From assembly GCA_965204745.1 (NCBI GenBank), contig OZ242010.1, positions 480,001 through 544,000 of the forward strand: 64,000 bases of DNA, read 5' to 3'. Origin of the DNA: Candidatus Latescibacterota bacterium (GTDB taxonomy: Bacteria > Latescibacterota > UBA2968). A program made the translations under genes and the position numbers. This document shows, in pieces, positions 39,134 through 51,550 of the stretch; the first letter of the stretch is position 1; the number at the start of each line of letters is the position of its first letter. The notes under the pieces are model-generated. The model did not search any database. It had not been told where the DNA came from and saw only the letters and a program-made list of their open reading frames with translations.

Positions 39134-39453
39134 AACACCCTCCTCTGTGAAAAACGTGTGAAAAAACGAACGCGGAAGATAACCCCATCCCGCGCAAAGT
39201 CAACGGCGCTGTATGAACGACATGTCTCTCGCAAATGTCGTGCCGAAAACAAAAAATACCTCGGAATATTCCAAGACGCGAAAAAACAAGGCACGATGCA
39301 AAATACCCACAACCACACACTGAGCGCATTGTGGGTCATTTTTTTCAATCGGGATTGGCGAAGGTGAACATTTTGTTCCAGACCCCAAGCGGTCAACAAA
39401 GTTTTTCGTCATTCCTGCGAGTGAGTGACTTTTGTCTTTCCCGTGCCCACCTA

Positions 39454-40938
39454 TCAGATTGCCTTCCGCATACGCGCAGAGCCGATGTTGAGTTGATCGC
39501 GGTACTTGGCGACTGTGCGCCGGGCGAGTTTGATGCCTTCTCGTTTCAACATATCCGAGATGCGTTGATCGCTCAATGGGTGCTTTGGGTCTTCGTCTCG
39601 GATGAGGGTTGCGATTTTTTCCTTCATGCTCTGGGCCGAGATATCCTCGCCGTCGTATCGGCTGATGCCGCTGTCAAAAAAATATTTCAATTCGCAAACG
39701 CCGTGGGGGGTTTGTACGTATTTGCCATTGCTCACCCGGCTGATGGTCGAAATGTGCATCTGCACGCGGTCCGCCACTTCTTGCAACACCATGGGCTTGA
39801 GAAACCCGGGGCCTCGGTCGAAAAATTCGAGTTGATTTTCCACGATACACCGCATGACTTTGAGCATGGTTGCGCGGCGTTGGTGGATCGCGTTGATAAA
39901 CCAGCGCGCGGAATTGAGTTTGTCAACGACGAATTTTTTGGTCTCCCGAAATTTTTGGGCATCGCGCACGGCGTTGTCCGATTGGCTGAGCAGGGTGCGG
40001 TAGATGGGGCTGACGCGCAACTCGGGCAAGGTGCGGTCCGTCAGGGAAACGACGTATTCGTCTCCCACCTTTTGCACTTCGAGATCCGGGATGACGTGGT
40101 TGAGATTGACCGCGGGCTCGGGTTCGATATTGGGTTTGGGGTTGAGCGCGGAGAGGACTTCTTCAACCTCGCGCATCTCCTCCACACTCGCGTTGAGCGC
40201 GAGGGCGATTTGCCCAAACCGCCGGTTGAGCCAGTCGTCTAAATGCTCGCGCACGACCTTTGTCACCAGGCCATTTGTGATGTTTTTCGCTTTGAGTTGG
40301 ATCTGCAAACACTCTCGCAAATTGCGCGCGCCCACGCCCGTTGGATCGAATGTTTGGATGACGTCCAAAACGCGTTCCACCTCGTCGCGCGCCACGCCCA
40401 AAACCTCTGCGGCCTCTCCGAGCGCGCCTTCGAGAAACCCGTGTTCGTCGAGGTTGCCGATGAGATATTCGGCGATTCTGCGGTCACTCGGAGACAGGTC
40501 CGTCAGCGCCAGTTGATCCAAGAGGGAATCCCTGAGCGTTTTTTCACTCGCACTGTCATTGCGCCAGTCTTCGGCATTGGGATCGAATTCTTCGCGTGGG
40601 CTGGCGTATCCGGAGTCGTTCAAGTAGAGTTCCCAGTCTTGCTCGTCAAACAAATCCTTGTCGAGCGTGTCCAAATCCGATTCGTCAAATTCCAATTCTT
40701 CGAGGGGTTCTTCTTCCCGGTCGTCGTCCGCTGGTTCGGCTTCGGGTTCTTCTCGTGCCAAGTCCAAGTCCAAGTCCACATCTTCGTCGATTTCCAAGAG
40801 CGGGTTGATTTCCAGCTCTCGTTGAATCAACTGCCCCAAGTCCGCGGTCGACAGTTGCAATATCCGCAAAGACTGGATGAGTTGCGGCGCCAGCTTTTGC
40901 TGTACGCCCTGAAATTGTTTGTTGCCGATCTGTATCAT
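39454..40938 (-). CDS. rpoN: RNA polymerase sigma-54 factor
   Basis: DPTGVGARNLRECL, HISTISRV, RpoN box ARRTVAKYR. Confidence 0.98.
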   Translation of the reverse strand: MIQIGNKQFQGVQQKLAPQLIQSLRILQLSTADLGQLIQRELEINPLLEIDEDVDLDLDLAREEPEAEPADDDREEEPLEELEFDESDLDTLDKDLFDEQDWELYLNDSGYASPREEFDPNAEDWRNDSASEKTLRDSLLDQLALTDLSPSDRRIAEYLIGNLDEHGFLEGALGEAAEVLGVARDEVERVLDVIQTFDPTGVGARNLRECLQIQLKAKNITNGLVTKVVREHLDDWLNRRFGQIALALNASVEEMREVEEVLSALNPKPNIEPEPAVNLNHVIPDLEVQKVGDEYVVSLTDRTLPELRVSPIYRTLLSQSDNAVRDAQKFRETKKFVVDKLNSARWFINAIHQRRATMLKVMRCIVENQLEFFDRGPGFLKPMVLQEVADRVQMHISTISRVSNGKYVQTPHGVCELKYFFDSGISRYDGEDISAQSMKEKIATLIRDEDPKHPLSDQRISDMLKREGIKLARRTVAKYRDQLNIGSARMRKAI

Positions 40939-40952
40939 GGCTTAAACCGCGT

Positions 40953-41501
40953 TCAAATTTTGTTCACGACATCGCCCACCCGTATCGCGCCCGGGCAGAT
41001 GACCTTGGCATTGATCCCGCGCAACTGGAGCTGTTTGCCCACCGGGGAATTGACGAATTGCAGCGCGTCCAGTCCAAAACGGGCCGCGAATTTTTTACAT
41101 CCGGTATGGGGCTGGTCCGTGACTTCGATCACGGCCTCGCCCAAGCGCAACCGGGTGCCCGGCGGCACATTCTCCGCGCTCAAATCGAGGTCGATGTACA
41201 ACTGATCTCCGGCCAGTGCCCAGCGGTCCTTCTGTTGCGCCAATAGGGCGATCACGCGGCTGTTCATGACATTGAGTTGCATGTCCGGATGAGCCGACCC
41301 ATCTGCGGTTCGAGAACTGCCGCGGGCCTTATAGTTGTCGCCCACGAGTCCTTCGTCCAAGTCGAGCATCCCAACGTCCAAAACCTCCCGCGCCTCGACC
41401 TGCGGCCGGCGCACGATCAACGCCAACACCCCTGCCTCCGCGGGCGATTGCCGAATCGCGTCCAACCCCGCCTCCAACTGTTCCATCGTCAAATGCGCCA
41501 T
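40953..41501 (-). CDS. MOSC domain protein
   Basis: AGDQLYIDLDLS, PHTGCKKF, RGINAKV..PG.IRVGD. Confidence 0.85.
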   Translation of the reverse strand: MAHLTMEQLEAGLDAIRQSPAEAGVLALIVRRPQVEAREVLDVGMLDLDEGLVGDNYKARGSSRTADGSAHPDMQLNVMNSRVIALLAQQKDRWALAGDQLYIDLDLSAENVPPGTRLRLGEAVIEVTDQPHTGCKKFAARFGLDALQFVNSPVGKQLQLRGINAKVICPGAIRVGDVVNKI

Positions 41502-41510
41502 TTTTTTCCC

Positions 41511-41993
41511 TCATCGGTGATCGATAATGGGAAAGTACTCTTCCCAGTTATCTCTGTATTGCGACAAGTCACGACCACTACAGGTGATGCTCGCTCCTGC
41601 GAAACGCAATCGCAAAGTCAGCCTGTCCTTGTATTCGCTCCCAATTCTATACTGGCTGTGTTCCTCATTTAGGGTTTTCCTGTTAATCACGACAAAAGCA
41701 TCCCAACGGTCGTAAACCCGGATGGCAAACACGTAAATTAAGTCTGGTATTATCCTCGTTCTAAGTTGCGGGAATGAAATATTGAATTGCACGCTATACC
41801 CAGACTTCAACGGCTTCGCCAAAGCCGTTTTTACTTGAACGCGATGCATATCCCCGGCCCTATCGTGTACGACGAAAATATCGTCGCCCACATCTACTTC
41901 GGGAATGGCTGTATTCCATCCTCTGAGCAATAGTTCCGCCATAACCGCGAGGTGGCCTGCCCTACCAGTATATTGAGTGCCCTTTTTAGACAT
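41511..41993 (-). CDS. PD-(D/E)XK nuclease-like protein
   Basis: G.AG...VMAELLLRGW...PEVDVGDDI...RVQVKT. Confidence 0.65.
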   Translation of the reverse strand: MSKKGTQYTGRAGHLAVMAELLLRGWNTAIPEVDVGDDIFVVHDRAGDMHRVQVKTALAKPLKSGYSVQFNISFPQLRTRIIPDLIYVFAIRVYDRWDAFVVINRKTLNEEHSQYRIGSEYKDRLTLRLRFAGASITCSGRDLSQYRDNWEEYFPIIDHR

Positions 41994-42297
41994 GTTGTAC
42001 CGAAGGCTCAAAGAGTGTTTGTAGCGTCCTGGGATCTACAAATACGACCTTGCCGAGTTCCTGCAATTTTTCTGCCGGAAGGCCCGTTAAAATTTCTGCA
42101 ATATGTTTCCAAATTGGACCATGCAGAAACTCAAAATCTGTTTTGATCGCGTATATATCGTCATAAGAGATAAACACGCAGGAAGCTGGAACCGGCTCTT
42201 TGGGCAGTTGATCCTTTATCGCTGCTTTGCTTCTCGGTTCGAGCGTGCAGGTATAGCCATCGAGTTGCTTAGCGGCGTAAATCGTGATTTCAGACAT
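41986..42297 (-). CDS. Hypothetical protein
   Basis: GGAGG RBS; overlaps the start of the nuclease-like gene. Confidence 0.65.
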   Translation of the reverse strand: MSEITIYAAKQLDGYTCTLEPRSKAAIKDQLPKEPVPASCVFISYDDIYAIKTDFEFLHGPIWKHIAEILTGLPAEKLQELGKVVFVDPRTLQTLFEPSVQHV

Positions 42298-42464
42298 CGT
42301 GCGTTCCTCCAACGAGTTTATGCGTCACGCCTCGATCTCTTGGGGCTGACGCTTGACGACAGATACTTCAATTCTCAGCGCACCTACTGCCGAGTTGTAA
42401 CGGGCATTTGCTACAAATAATAACAAATAACAGAGGGCGTTGTAAACCCCTTTCTTGCATCTTA

Positions 42465-42625
42465 GGGCGAGCACGGGGGCATCGCCCCTACACACTGCTC
42501 GCCTTTGAACGGGCTGTCGCCAGTTGTACCCTGCTCGTGCCTTTGAACGGGCTATCGCCAGTTGTACCCCTTTTGTGCCTTTTGTGCCTTTTGTGGCTAA
42601 AATCCCATCTCCCATCTCCCATCTC
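42465..42625. repeat. Modular intergenic repeat (REP + 2x beta + gamma + delta)
   Basis: Direct similarity to 12527-12622, plus (ccttttgtg)3. Confidence 0.9.
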
Positions 42626-42644
42626 GCGTCGGCGCGTTTTTGGT

Positions 42645-43367
42645 TCAATCGAGGCGGAATCGGTCACCCAGATAAATGCGCCGGGCTTCCGCGCTTGCGG
42701 CCAGTGCCCGAGGCGTTCCGGACAAGAGAATTTTGCCTTCGGAAAGCAAATAAGAACGATCCGTAATCGCCAGGGTCTCGCGCACATTGTGATCGGTGAT
42801 CAACACCCCGATGTTTCGGCGTTGCAACTCGGCGATGATGTGTTGAATGTCCTCGACCGCACGCGGATCCACGCCGGCAAAGGGTTCGTCCAGCAACATA
42901 AAGAGCGGGTCTCGCGCCAGTGCCCGCGCAATTTCCAATCGGCGCGTCTCGCCGCCTGACAAACTGTCGGCGCGCTGATGCGACAAGTGCCCCACGCCCA
43001 AGTCTTCTAGCGCGTTGCGGCCGCGATCCAACCGCTGTGCCTTGGTCAGGTCGCCGTATTCGAGCACGGACAGGACATTGTCCAACACGGTCATTTTTCT
43101 AAACACCGTGGTTTCCTGGGCCAAATACCCGATGCCCAAGCGCGCACGGCGGTACATGGGCAGCGCGGTAATGTCCCGATCTCCCAAGAAAATGTGCCCG
43201 GCATGGGCGGCAATCGCGCCGACAATGAGGTAAAAACAAGTGGTCTTTCCCGCGCCATTGGGCCCCAAAAGCCCGACGATTTCCCCGGGATTGACGACCA
43301 AATTGACCTGATCCACTACGACGCGACGCGCGTACTTTTTGACCAGTCCCTCAGCTCTCAAATTCAC
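42645..43367 (-). CDS. lptB: LPS export ABC transporter ATP-binding protein
   Basis: GPNGAGKTT, RARLGIGYLAQE, DEPFAGVDP, ITDHNVRETL. Confidence 0.95.
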   Translation of the reverse strand: MNLRAEGLVKKYARRVVVDQVNLVVNPGEIVGLLGPNGAGKTTCFYLIVGAIAAHAGHIFLGDRDITALPMYRRARLGIGYLAQETTVFRKMTVLDNVLSVLEYGDLTKAQRLDRGRNALEDLGVGHLSHQRADSLSGGETRRLEIARALARDPLFMLLDEPFAGVDPRAVEDIQHIIAELQRRNIGVLITDHNVRETLAITDRSYLLSEGKILLSGTPRALAASAEARRIYLGDRFRLD

Positions 43368-44725
43368 GGCGCGACCTCCGGTTTCGATTCTTCGGGCATG
43401 CGAATATAGTGCCCGCGCACGGCCCCATCAGCGCGAACAGAGGACAGGCGACCACTCTCAAAGCGCAAGAGAAGTTCATCGCCGGAGACCGTCACATTAT
43501 CGCTGTCCTGCGCGATGCGCGTGCAATGGGCTTCGTCAAAAAGGGCCATCTGCGACAACGCGCCCTCAAAAAACCACAGCACACATCGCTTGCCCCCCAA
43601 GCGGCTTTTGGACGAGTTGTCTCGGGCAACATAAGAACCGGTACACCCCCCGGACAAAATCAGACTGTCCGCTTTCCCGTCCCGATAGGCCAGCCTGAGA
43701 TCGCTGCCAGCCAGCGCGGCCCGCTCTCGATCCCGAAGATCGAGTTGCACCTTGCCCCAGGCGTGAACGCGCTGCGGCGCATCGTCCCGAAAGACGATCC
43801 GAGCAGAATCCGCCTGGATGGTTTGCGACCGCGACGCGCTATCGGCAAACGCATAGATGCGCGTGCTATCGAACAAAGCCAACGCGCCGATAGTTTGATC
43901 GGCCAGCTCCAGCCGCATCTCTGTCCCCCGTGCAAAAATGGAATCGCGTTGCTCGGCATCCGTCCAACGCATCGCGGGATTGCCATAGAGAACGATGGCG
44001 GAATCCGCGTACGCGCCGGCCATGGCCTCTCCCCGCATATCGCCCTGCTGCAAGATGAGGTTGCCGTGAAAAACGAGTTCGGCGCCGCGCTCGGCAAAGG
44101 CGATAGAATCCGCCCGCGCTTCGAGGGTATCGCCACCGATCACCCGCGCTCGTGTATGGCCCTGCAACTGGCCCTGCTCTCGCCTCAACTCGTAGCGCAA
44201 GGTGGATGCGGTCAACCGCCGATCTTCGGGCAAGTGGAGCGCGACTTTGCCCTCGGCAATGAGGATTTCCTCCTCGCGCAAAAACCGCACCATGCGCGCG
44301 CCGAGTTCGCGCTGGCCATCCCGAAAAAAGACGCGCCCGAGAAACGTGGCCCGTCCCTTGCGATCTTCGTACACGAGCGTATCGGCGCGGATCTCGCGCG
44401 CCGTGTCTTTGTAACTCACGTTAAAAACAAAATGATAAATGGCGTCTTCCACGCGCACATGCGCGGAATCGGCTTTGACGCTCACGTTTTGCAAACTGTC
44501 TGTGTACGCGACCCGCCCGCGGTAATTGCGCTGGGTTTGGTCGTCTGTGAGCAGGGTTTCCACCCAATCTGCGCTGAGCGTCTGATCGGCATGCGCGGTT
44601 GTGCAGGTCAATACAAACAGAACTCCGAGAAAGCCCCGGAGTTCTGGTCGCGCAACGAGATGGTGTCCGATAATTTTCACGGGTTTTTTCGCCTGATCTG
44701 CGTCTGCACGAAGTTGAGGGTCCAC
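43364..44725 (-). CDS. LptA/OstA-like beta-jellyroll protein (start uncertain)
   Basis: Repeated ADS/ADT beta-strand motifs; located between lptC and lptB. Confidence 0.75.
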   Translation of the reverse strand: MDPQLRADADQAKKPVKIIGHHLVARPELRGFLGVLFVLTCTTAHADQTLSADWVETLLTDDQTQRNYRGRVAYTDSLQNVSVKADSAHVRVEDAIYHFVFNVSYKDTAREIRADTLVYEDRKGRATFLGRVFFRDGQRELGARMVRFLREEEILIAEGKVALHLPEDRRLTASTLRYELRREQGQLQGHTRARVIGGDTLEARADSIAFAERGAELVFHGNLILQQGDMRGEAMAGAYADSAIVLYGNPAMRWTDAEQRDSIFARGTEMRLELADQTIGALALFDSTRIYAFADSASRSQTIQADSARIVFRDDAPQRVHAWGKVQLDLRDRERAALAGSDLRLAYRDGKADSLILSGGCTGSYVARDNSSKSRLGGKRCVLWFFEGALSQMALFDEAHCTRIAQDSDNVTVSGDELLLRFESGRLSSVRADGAVRGHYIRMPEESKPEVAP

Positions 44726-45189
44726 TGCTTCAAATCGGATGCGGCATTAAAACCGACCCCGGTCTCTACGCCATCGGGCCGGAAAATGGTCACATGCCCG
44801 TCGCCGGTAATGCGGTCTTCCTCCCGCTGCCAGCGCAGGGAATCGGTTTGCAACGAGGTGCTGTCTCGCGCCATGACGAGGACGGACCCAAAGACCTTCA
44901 TATCGTCGCCCGCCGCGTTGATTTCGCCCCGCTCCGCGTGCAGGATGGAAACCGTATCGCCATCGGAATCGAAAAACGCGACCCGCACCCCTTTGGAAAA
45001 TTGCGCGGGCTCATCCTCTGTCGCCTGCTGAAAATGACCCGCCTGAACCCGGGCGCGTGCTCTGCCCCGATCCGTCACCTGCGTGCTCCAGCCCCACATT
45101 TCCCGCTTGGCCGGCGCCTCAGCTGCGGCGCGTTGCGCGCGATCCGCAGGGGCGCAAGCGCACAGGGCACACAGCAGCACCTCAAGCAT
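44677..45189 (-). CDS. lptC: LPS export periplasmic protein LptC
   Basis: GVRVAFFD...LQTDSLRW...RITGDGHVTI...GVGF; operon context. Confidence 0.85.
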   Translation of the reverse strand: MLEVLLCALCACAPADRAQRAAAEAPAKREMWGWSTQVTDRGRARARVQAGHFQQATEDEPAQFSKGVRVAFFDSDGDTVSILHAERGEINAAGDDMKVFGSVLVMARDSTSLQTDSLRWQREEDRITGDGHVTIFRPDGVETGVGFNAASDLKQWTLNFVQTQIRRKNP

Positions 45190-45190
45190 T

Positions 45191-47090
<1,900 letters not shown>

Positions 47091-47295
47091 GGGAAGAAGG
47101 AAGATGCAAGAGGGGAGAGGGGTGGCCTTCTCACGTCTTGCCTCTGCCTTCTCACTTTTTTGAGGTCTTTGGGCGATTGGTTGAGGTTGCCTCCTACTCG
47201 CTTTTTACTCTCAATTCGCATTTTCAGCCGCTTGACCGAGGTCATTGGTCAACGGATGCAAGCCGTTTTTTGATTTCCCGCCGTTGTCCCGATGT

Positions 47296-47832
47296 TTACG
47301 GTTTGCCGATGTTGAAGCCGATTCCCACGGCGGTGCGTAGGGCACTGGCGTCTTCTTCTTCCCCAATGACCCAGCGGATCTCGAACAGAATTTCCAGTTT
47401 GTGGCGGAACAAGTGTTTTTCCATGCCGATGAGAATAAAGTGGAGCGAGGTTTGATATTCGCTTTGAAATTTGTCGAGGGCCAACTGCTCGCGGCGCACG
47501 CGGTTCACGCCCAGTCCGCCGCCCATATACGCAAACGCGGTGCCGGACTTGTGCGGCCACAAGTACTTGAGAAAGGCCCCGCCGCCTCGCGCCTGAATCT
47601 CCGTGCCGTCGAGGTCGGAGCCGCTGCCCGTTTCCGCGCCGATTTCGAGCCGCAGATTGGGCGAGAACACGGTGGCGATATCGGCTTGAAGCACAAAAAA
47701 ATGCCGCGTATCATTTGCCTGCACGACGTCCAAACCCACCTTGGTCGCCAGATTGTAAAGCCCAAAACCCGCTTGGGCACCCGATGCAAAAACCATCAGG
47801 ACGAAAAATCCGACACCCGCAAAAACCCTCAT
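47296..47832 (-). CDS. Small outer-membrane beta-barrel-like protein
   Basis: Signal peptide (AQA), AYMGGGLG, amphipathic strands. Confidence 0.65.
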   Translation of the reverse strand: MRVFAGVGFFVLMVFASGAQAGFGLYNLATKVGLDVVQANDTRHFFVLQADIATVFSPNLRLEIGAETGSGSDLDGTEIQARGGGAFLKYLWPHKSGTAFAYMGGGLGVNRVRREQLALDKFQSEYQTSLHFILIGMEKHLFRHKLEILFEIRWVIGEEEDASALRTAVGIGFNIGKP

Positions 47833-47879
47833 AATACACTCCTCGCAACACTGTTAGGCGGTGCCGGATGGAACCCCTG

Positions 47880-48203
47880 TCACCCACGCGACGACGCGGT
47901 CAGTGCCAACTGTTTGAGATGAGAATAAGTATAAAGCCCCGTATCGTGTCCATCTGCCCACCGGAATTGAAGCGCGTAATGCCCCACGGGGACGATATCC
48001 GTCAGTTCTATTGATGGCGTTTGAGCCGGCGTGATCATCTGCAACTGCGCGTCTTGCGCGGCCCGCAACCCTTCGCACAAAGCACAGGGGCAGGCTTTTC
48101 GCACCTCGTGCAAGCTCACGCGCAAAACTCCTTGGTCCGCCCATTCCATTTCGAGCCATCCCCCTGCGCGGTCAACGCGAATCCGGTTGGGTTTTTCCGC
48201 CAT
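47880..48203 (-). CDS. DUF971 / GBBH-N-like domain protein
   Basis: RKACPCALC, VGHYALQFRWADGHDTGLYTY. Confidence 0.9.
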   Translation of the reverse strand: MAEKPNRIRVDRAGGWLEMEWADQGVLRVSLHEVRKACPCALCEGLRAAQDAQLQMITPAQTPSIELTDIVPVGHYALQFRWADGHDTGLYTYSHLKQLALTASSRG

Positions 48204-48211
48204 AGCCCGTC

Positions 48212-48937
48212 CTATTGCCTCAAGGGATGTCGCAATCCCAATTCCTGAAGCAAGATGCCGTAGTGCTCGCGCAGTCCGCTTTGCAGTGCGAACGCGCGGT
48301 TGTACGCAATGGCGGCATCTTCAAAAAGGCCCTGAACCGAGAGTGCGCGGCCCAACAGAATATAATTGGGCGCGTAATCAGGCGCGCGGTCTGTGGTTTC
48401 GTCAACCATGTCCAAGGTCTGTTCCGCGCGTTCGGTTTTCAAGTAAAGCCAGCCCAAGTTCTGGTAGGCCGTGATGATCGTGGGGTCTAGCCCAAGCCCC
48501 TGGTGATAAAATTGCTCTGCCAAAGCCGCGGCGCCCAAGCGTTGATGCAAGTACCCGAGCGCGATCAAAACGCCTGCGTCTGTGGAGTCGAGAACGGCCA
48601 ACTGTTGGCATGCCGCAATCGCTTGGTCAAAATTTTCCGCCCGCAAATGCGCGGAGATGAGCAAGCGCAACGCCTGTGTGTGCGTGGGATTTTGCAACAG
48701 AATATCGCGCAATTCAGCCGCCGCTGCCATCGGGTACCCCGCCGATAGCGAAGCCGCGGCGGCTTTCAATCCGGGATCGAGAATTGCGGCAACGGAATCG
48801 GGCAACACCGCGGGTGTGGGGTCAGATGGCGTCATTGCTGTCGAGTCCATGGTGCCATCGCGGCCGAGCACGTCTTGTGCCTGGGCAACCGTGACAGAAA
48901 AAAATAAGACGAGGGCCACAATCCAGCGCAACATCAT
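48212..48937 (-). CDS. Exported tetratricopeptide repeat protein
   Basis: Signal peptide; repeated LG..Y...G...A helical pattern. Confidence 0.8.
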   Translation of the reverse strand: MMLRWIVALVLFFSVTVAQAQDVLGRDGTMDSTAMTPSDPTPAVLPDSVAAILDPGLKAAAASLSAGYPMAAAAELRDILLQNPTHTQALRLLISAHLRAENFDQAIAACQQLAVLDSTDAGVLIALGYLHQRLGAAALAEQFYHQGLGLDPTIITAYQNLGWLYLKTERAEQTLDMVDETTDRAPDYAPNYILLGRALSVQGLFEDAAIAYNRAFALQSGLREHYGILLQELGLRHPLRQ

Positions 48938-49333
48938 AACGCGATTCCAAAAATGACCCCTTCCTCGCGGGGCGGGATCCAGTGACTTTTGTCTTTTTTT
49001 GTCCGCCAAAAGATACGAGAAGGGGGTAGGGGGTAGGTAAAACAGCCTCTTAGAGATGCGAGGGGCGTTCGGTATAAGTCCATCTGAACGGGGCATCCGA
49101 ATGGGCGTAAGAGAAAAATTTGATTCGTTGGCGTGGGCGCGCGGAAAGCCCCGGCTCGTAGATTTCAATGGCCGGGCGATTGCGCCACATCACGAGCACG
49201 AGTTCGGGATCGAGGTCTATCCGCTGCGAGATCAACTTGAACATCAAATAGGCACTTGCCATAAATTTGGTCATCGCGCTCTCGTAAGAATGGATTGGGC
49301 TATCGCCACAGTTTCAGCACTTTGCGATTGGGG

Positions 49334-49750
49334 TTACAGCCACTTCAAAATAGCCAAGGCCAACCCCAAAATAGTGAGCGTTATTCTGAAACGCCACTTG
49401 GCGTCGGCGTCGATTTTATCAAATCGTGCATTCATTTCTGCTCTGAGGTCTGCAAACTGCTTGTCAACTTTGTCAAACTTTGCATTCGTATCCGCCTTCA
49501 TGTCCGCAAACTACTTGTCAATTTTGTCAAATTGCTTGTCAACTTTGTCAAACCGCACGTTCACTTCTGCTTTGAAGTCCACAAACCGTGCGTTCACTTC
49601 TGTTTTGAAATCAGAAAATCGCGTGTTCATTTCTGATCTGAAGTCAGAAAACCGCTTGTCGATTTGATCGAGAATACCCGCGAAATAGCTTTGCGATCTC
49701 TCGTTTTCGCCCTGATTCCCTTTCGCATTGTGTTTGTCTAAAGTTTGCAT
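49334..49750 (-). pseudogene. Coiled-coil repeat protein with a C-terminal TM (DUF1640/Bdr-like) and an internal amber stop
   Basis: 11-aa repeats RFSDFRSEMNT/RFSDFKTEVNA/RFVDFKAEVNV; TAG at 49511-49513; the frame continues to ...ILGLALAILKWL*. Confidence 0.7.
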
Positions 49751-49782
49751 TTTTTTTCTGTTCTGACAGCGAGAAACGCTGT

Positions 49783-51531
49783 CTAACGTCCGATACCGTA
49801 ACGATAGTCGAATACACACGATGAGCCGACCATCTCGCGAAACCACAATGTGGCACTGGTGCCCATCGAATCGGTTAGCTGAATGGGTTCGTTCAGGTTG
49901 AAGTGTACCGGTTGCTGGAGGCCATCGTTGATCGCCACATTGTCGGCGTAGAGGTAGGTTCGATCTAGGGTATCGAGTATTGGATTCAATCGCCCCTGAA
50001 TGCCCGGCAAATGTCCCGTGCGATTGGCGATAATCAGCGAGCCTCCGCCCGATACCGGTTGCATGCAAAGGTCGAGGGGTTGGTCGGACACATAATCGCT
50101 TGTCACGCTTGCCATGAACCCCTTCGCGGCGCACAGCACGGTCATCGGCAACTTCGCATAGAGGACAAAATCAGCGTGTCCAAATGCGTTCGTTCGCGCC
50201 GCTCGATACGTTTTGTTGGGGTAAATCATCAGCACATAGACACCTTGCAAGGGCGTATTCGTTTTGCCATGGCGAACCGTGATACGCACTGCGATGCCGC
50301 CGGGCAGGGGTGGGCATGCCGCCGGCAAAACGAGTTTCAATTCCCGTTCGCCGATCAACTCAAAGACGGGTTTTTCACCAGAGAGTGAAAAAGTCTCGTC
50401 CTCAATGATGGCAATGCCTTCGCCGCGCCGTTCGATGAAGTATTGTCGCCCCCCAGCACCGGGGACATCGCCGACCGGGCATTGACCCAACCGCGAAGCC
50501 AGAATTTCGTTGCGCGTGAACTGACTGGTGCGTAGATCGTCAGTCGTCATAGAATTGCACAAGCCTCCTGGAGAATAGAGCTCCAAGCGGTCGTCGAACA
50601 TGAACAGACGTATCCGCGATCCAGAGACCCCATAATCCCGGTGAACCACTGCGTTCACGACGGCCTCAAACACCGCACGTTCGCTGAATTGAGGCACATC
50701 GCTACGGGCAGGGTCTTTGCGGGCAGAGACGCGGCGGTTGCGAACGACGAACCGCGTGGCATCCCGTATTTGCTGGTCAATCGGGCCGACGATGTCTTGG
50801 GCATCGAGTTGCCGGTTGCCATCCATCCGGTTGCCTTTGTAGCAGACAGCTTGGATATAGGCGTTGGGCAACCACACCCGAGGCATCTCGGAACCCAGTA
50901 ACACGCCGCTGACCGTGGCGTGGCGTGTACCCTGCCGATCTGCTTTCAAAAACTTCAGCTTTGACAGGATGACTTCGGCGGATTCTTTGGCTCGAGAACT
51001 CGCGTACTGCCGCCACAAGTTTGGACGCAAAGTGTTGATGCCTGTACCGCGCACGATCTGTGTATCGGTGGTCGCGGCACCGGATTGCCCCCTCAACTGC
51101 AACAATCGGCGGATTTCGTCGGGCGACATTTGACGCTTGGTATCACCTTGACGCCGGTAGTACCCGCCCGGTGAACGGTGAACGACCTCACTCGCTGGTA
51201 TCTCGATGAGCAAGACACCGCCTTCGCGGCATGGCACGCGGTAAGCATCGTAATCCAGTGCTGGCTTGATGCTGTCCGCACAGACCGCGCTTGCCACGTC
51301 CATCAACATGTCGAGTTGTTCAGGCGTGAGCACTTGGGGCGTCCGATCATCGGCCACACCGAGGACGAGACTGCCGCCGCGGGCGTTGGCAAATGCCGCA
51401 AACTCGTCGGCGAGATCGCGGGGATGGGGAGCAGAAATTCGGCGGCCTTGAAATTGAACTTCCTCGAGTTCGAGATCGGTATCTTCACCCAAGCGGATCT
51501 GTTTCCATAGATGGGACGTATCAACTGGCAT
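49783..51531 (-). CDS. AlbA_2 + HATPase_c_4 protein with a C-terminal beta-rich extension
   Basis: GEDTDLELEE, AAFANARGG.LVLGVADD, EAVVNAVVHRDY, SPGGL, RNEILA. Confidence 0.85.
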   Translation of the reverse strand: MPVDTSHLWKQIRLGEDTDLELEEVQFQGRRISAPHPRDLADEFAAFANARGGSLVLGVADDRTPQVLTPEQLDMLMDVASAVCADSIKPALDYDAYRVPCREGGVLLIEIPASEVVHRSPGGYYRRQGDTKRQMSPDEIRRLLQLRGQSGAATTDTQIVRGTGINTLRPNLWRQYASSRAKESAEVILSKLKFLKADRQGTRHATVSGVLLGSEMPRVWLPNAYIQAVCYKGNRMDGNRQLDAQDIVGPIDQQIRDATRFVVRNRRVSARKDPARSDVPQFSERAVFEAVVNAVVHRDYGVSGSRIRLFMFDDRLELYSPGGLCNSMTTDDLRTSQFTRNEILASRLGQCPVGDVPGAGGRQYFIERRGEGIAIIEDETFSLSGEKPVFELIGERELKLVLPAACPPLPGGIAVRITVRHGKTNTPLQGVYVLMIYPNKTYRAARTNAFGHADFVLYAKLPMTVLCAAKGFMASVTSDYVSDQPLDLCMQPVSGGGSLIIANRTGHLPGIQGRLNPILDTLDRTYLYADNVAINDGLQQPVHFNLNEPIQLTDSMGTSATLWFREMVGSSCVFDYRYGIGR

Positions 51532-51550
51532 CGCATCTACCTATCACCGG

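Noticed and set aside
42325-42959. ORFs with HKRHKR/GTKGTK/LLCLLC repeats (also at 46866-47245, 56005-56280, 58873-59181)
   Set aside because: These are translations of the non-coding (CCTTTTGTG)n modular repeat.
49050-49274. 74-aa minus-strand ORF
   Set aside because: It may be real, but there is no motif or clear RBS, so support is insufficient.
49511-49513. Pyrrolysine or stop-codon recoding at the in-frame TAG
   Set aside because: TAG terminates other genes in the window and no pyl genes are seen; a CAG-to-TAG mutation is simpler.
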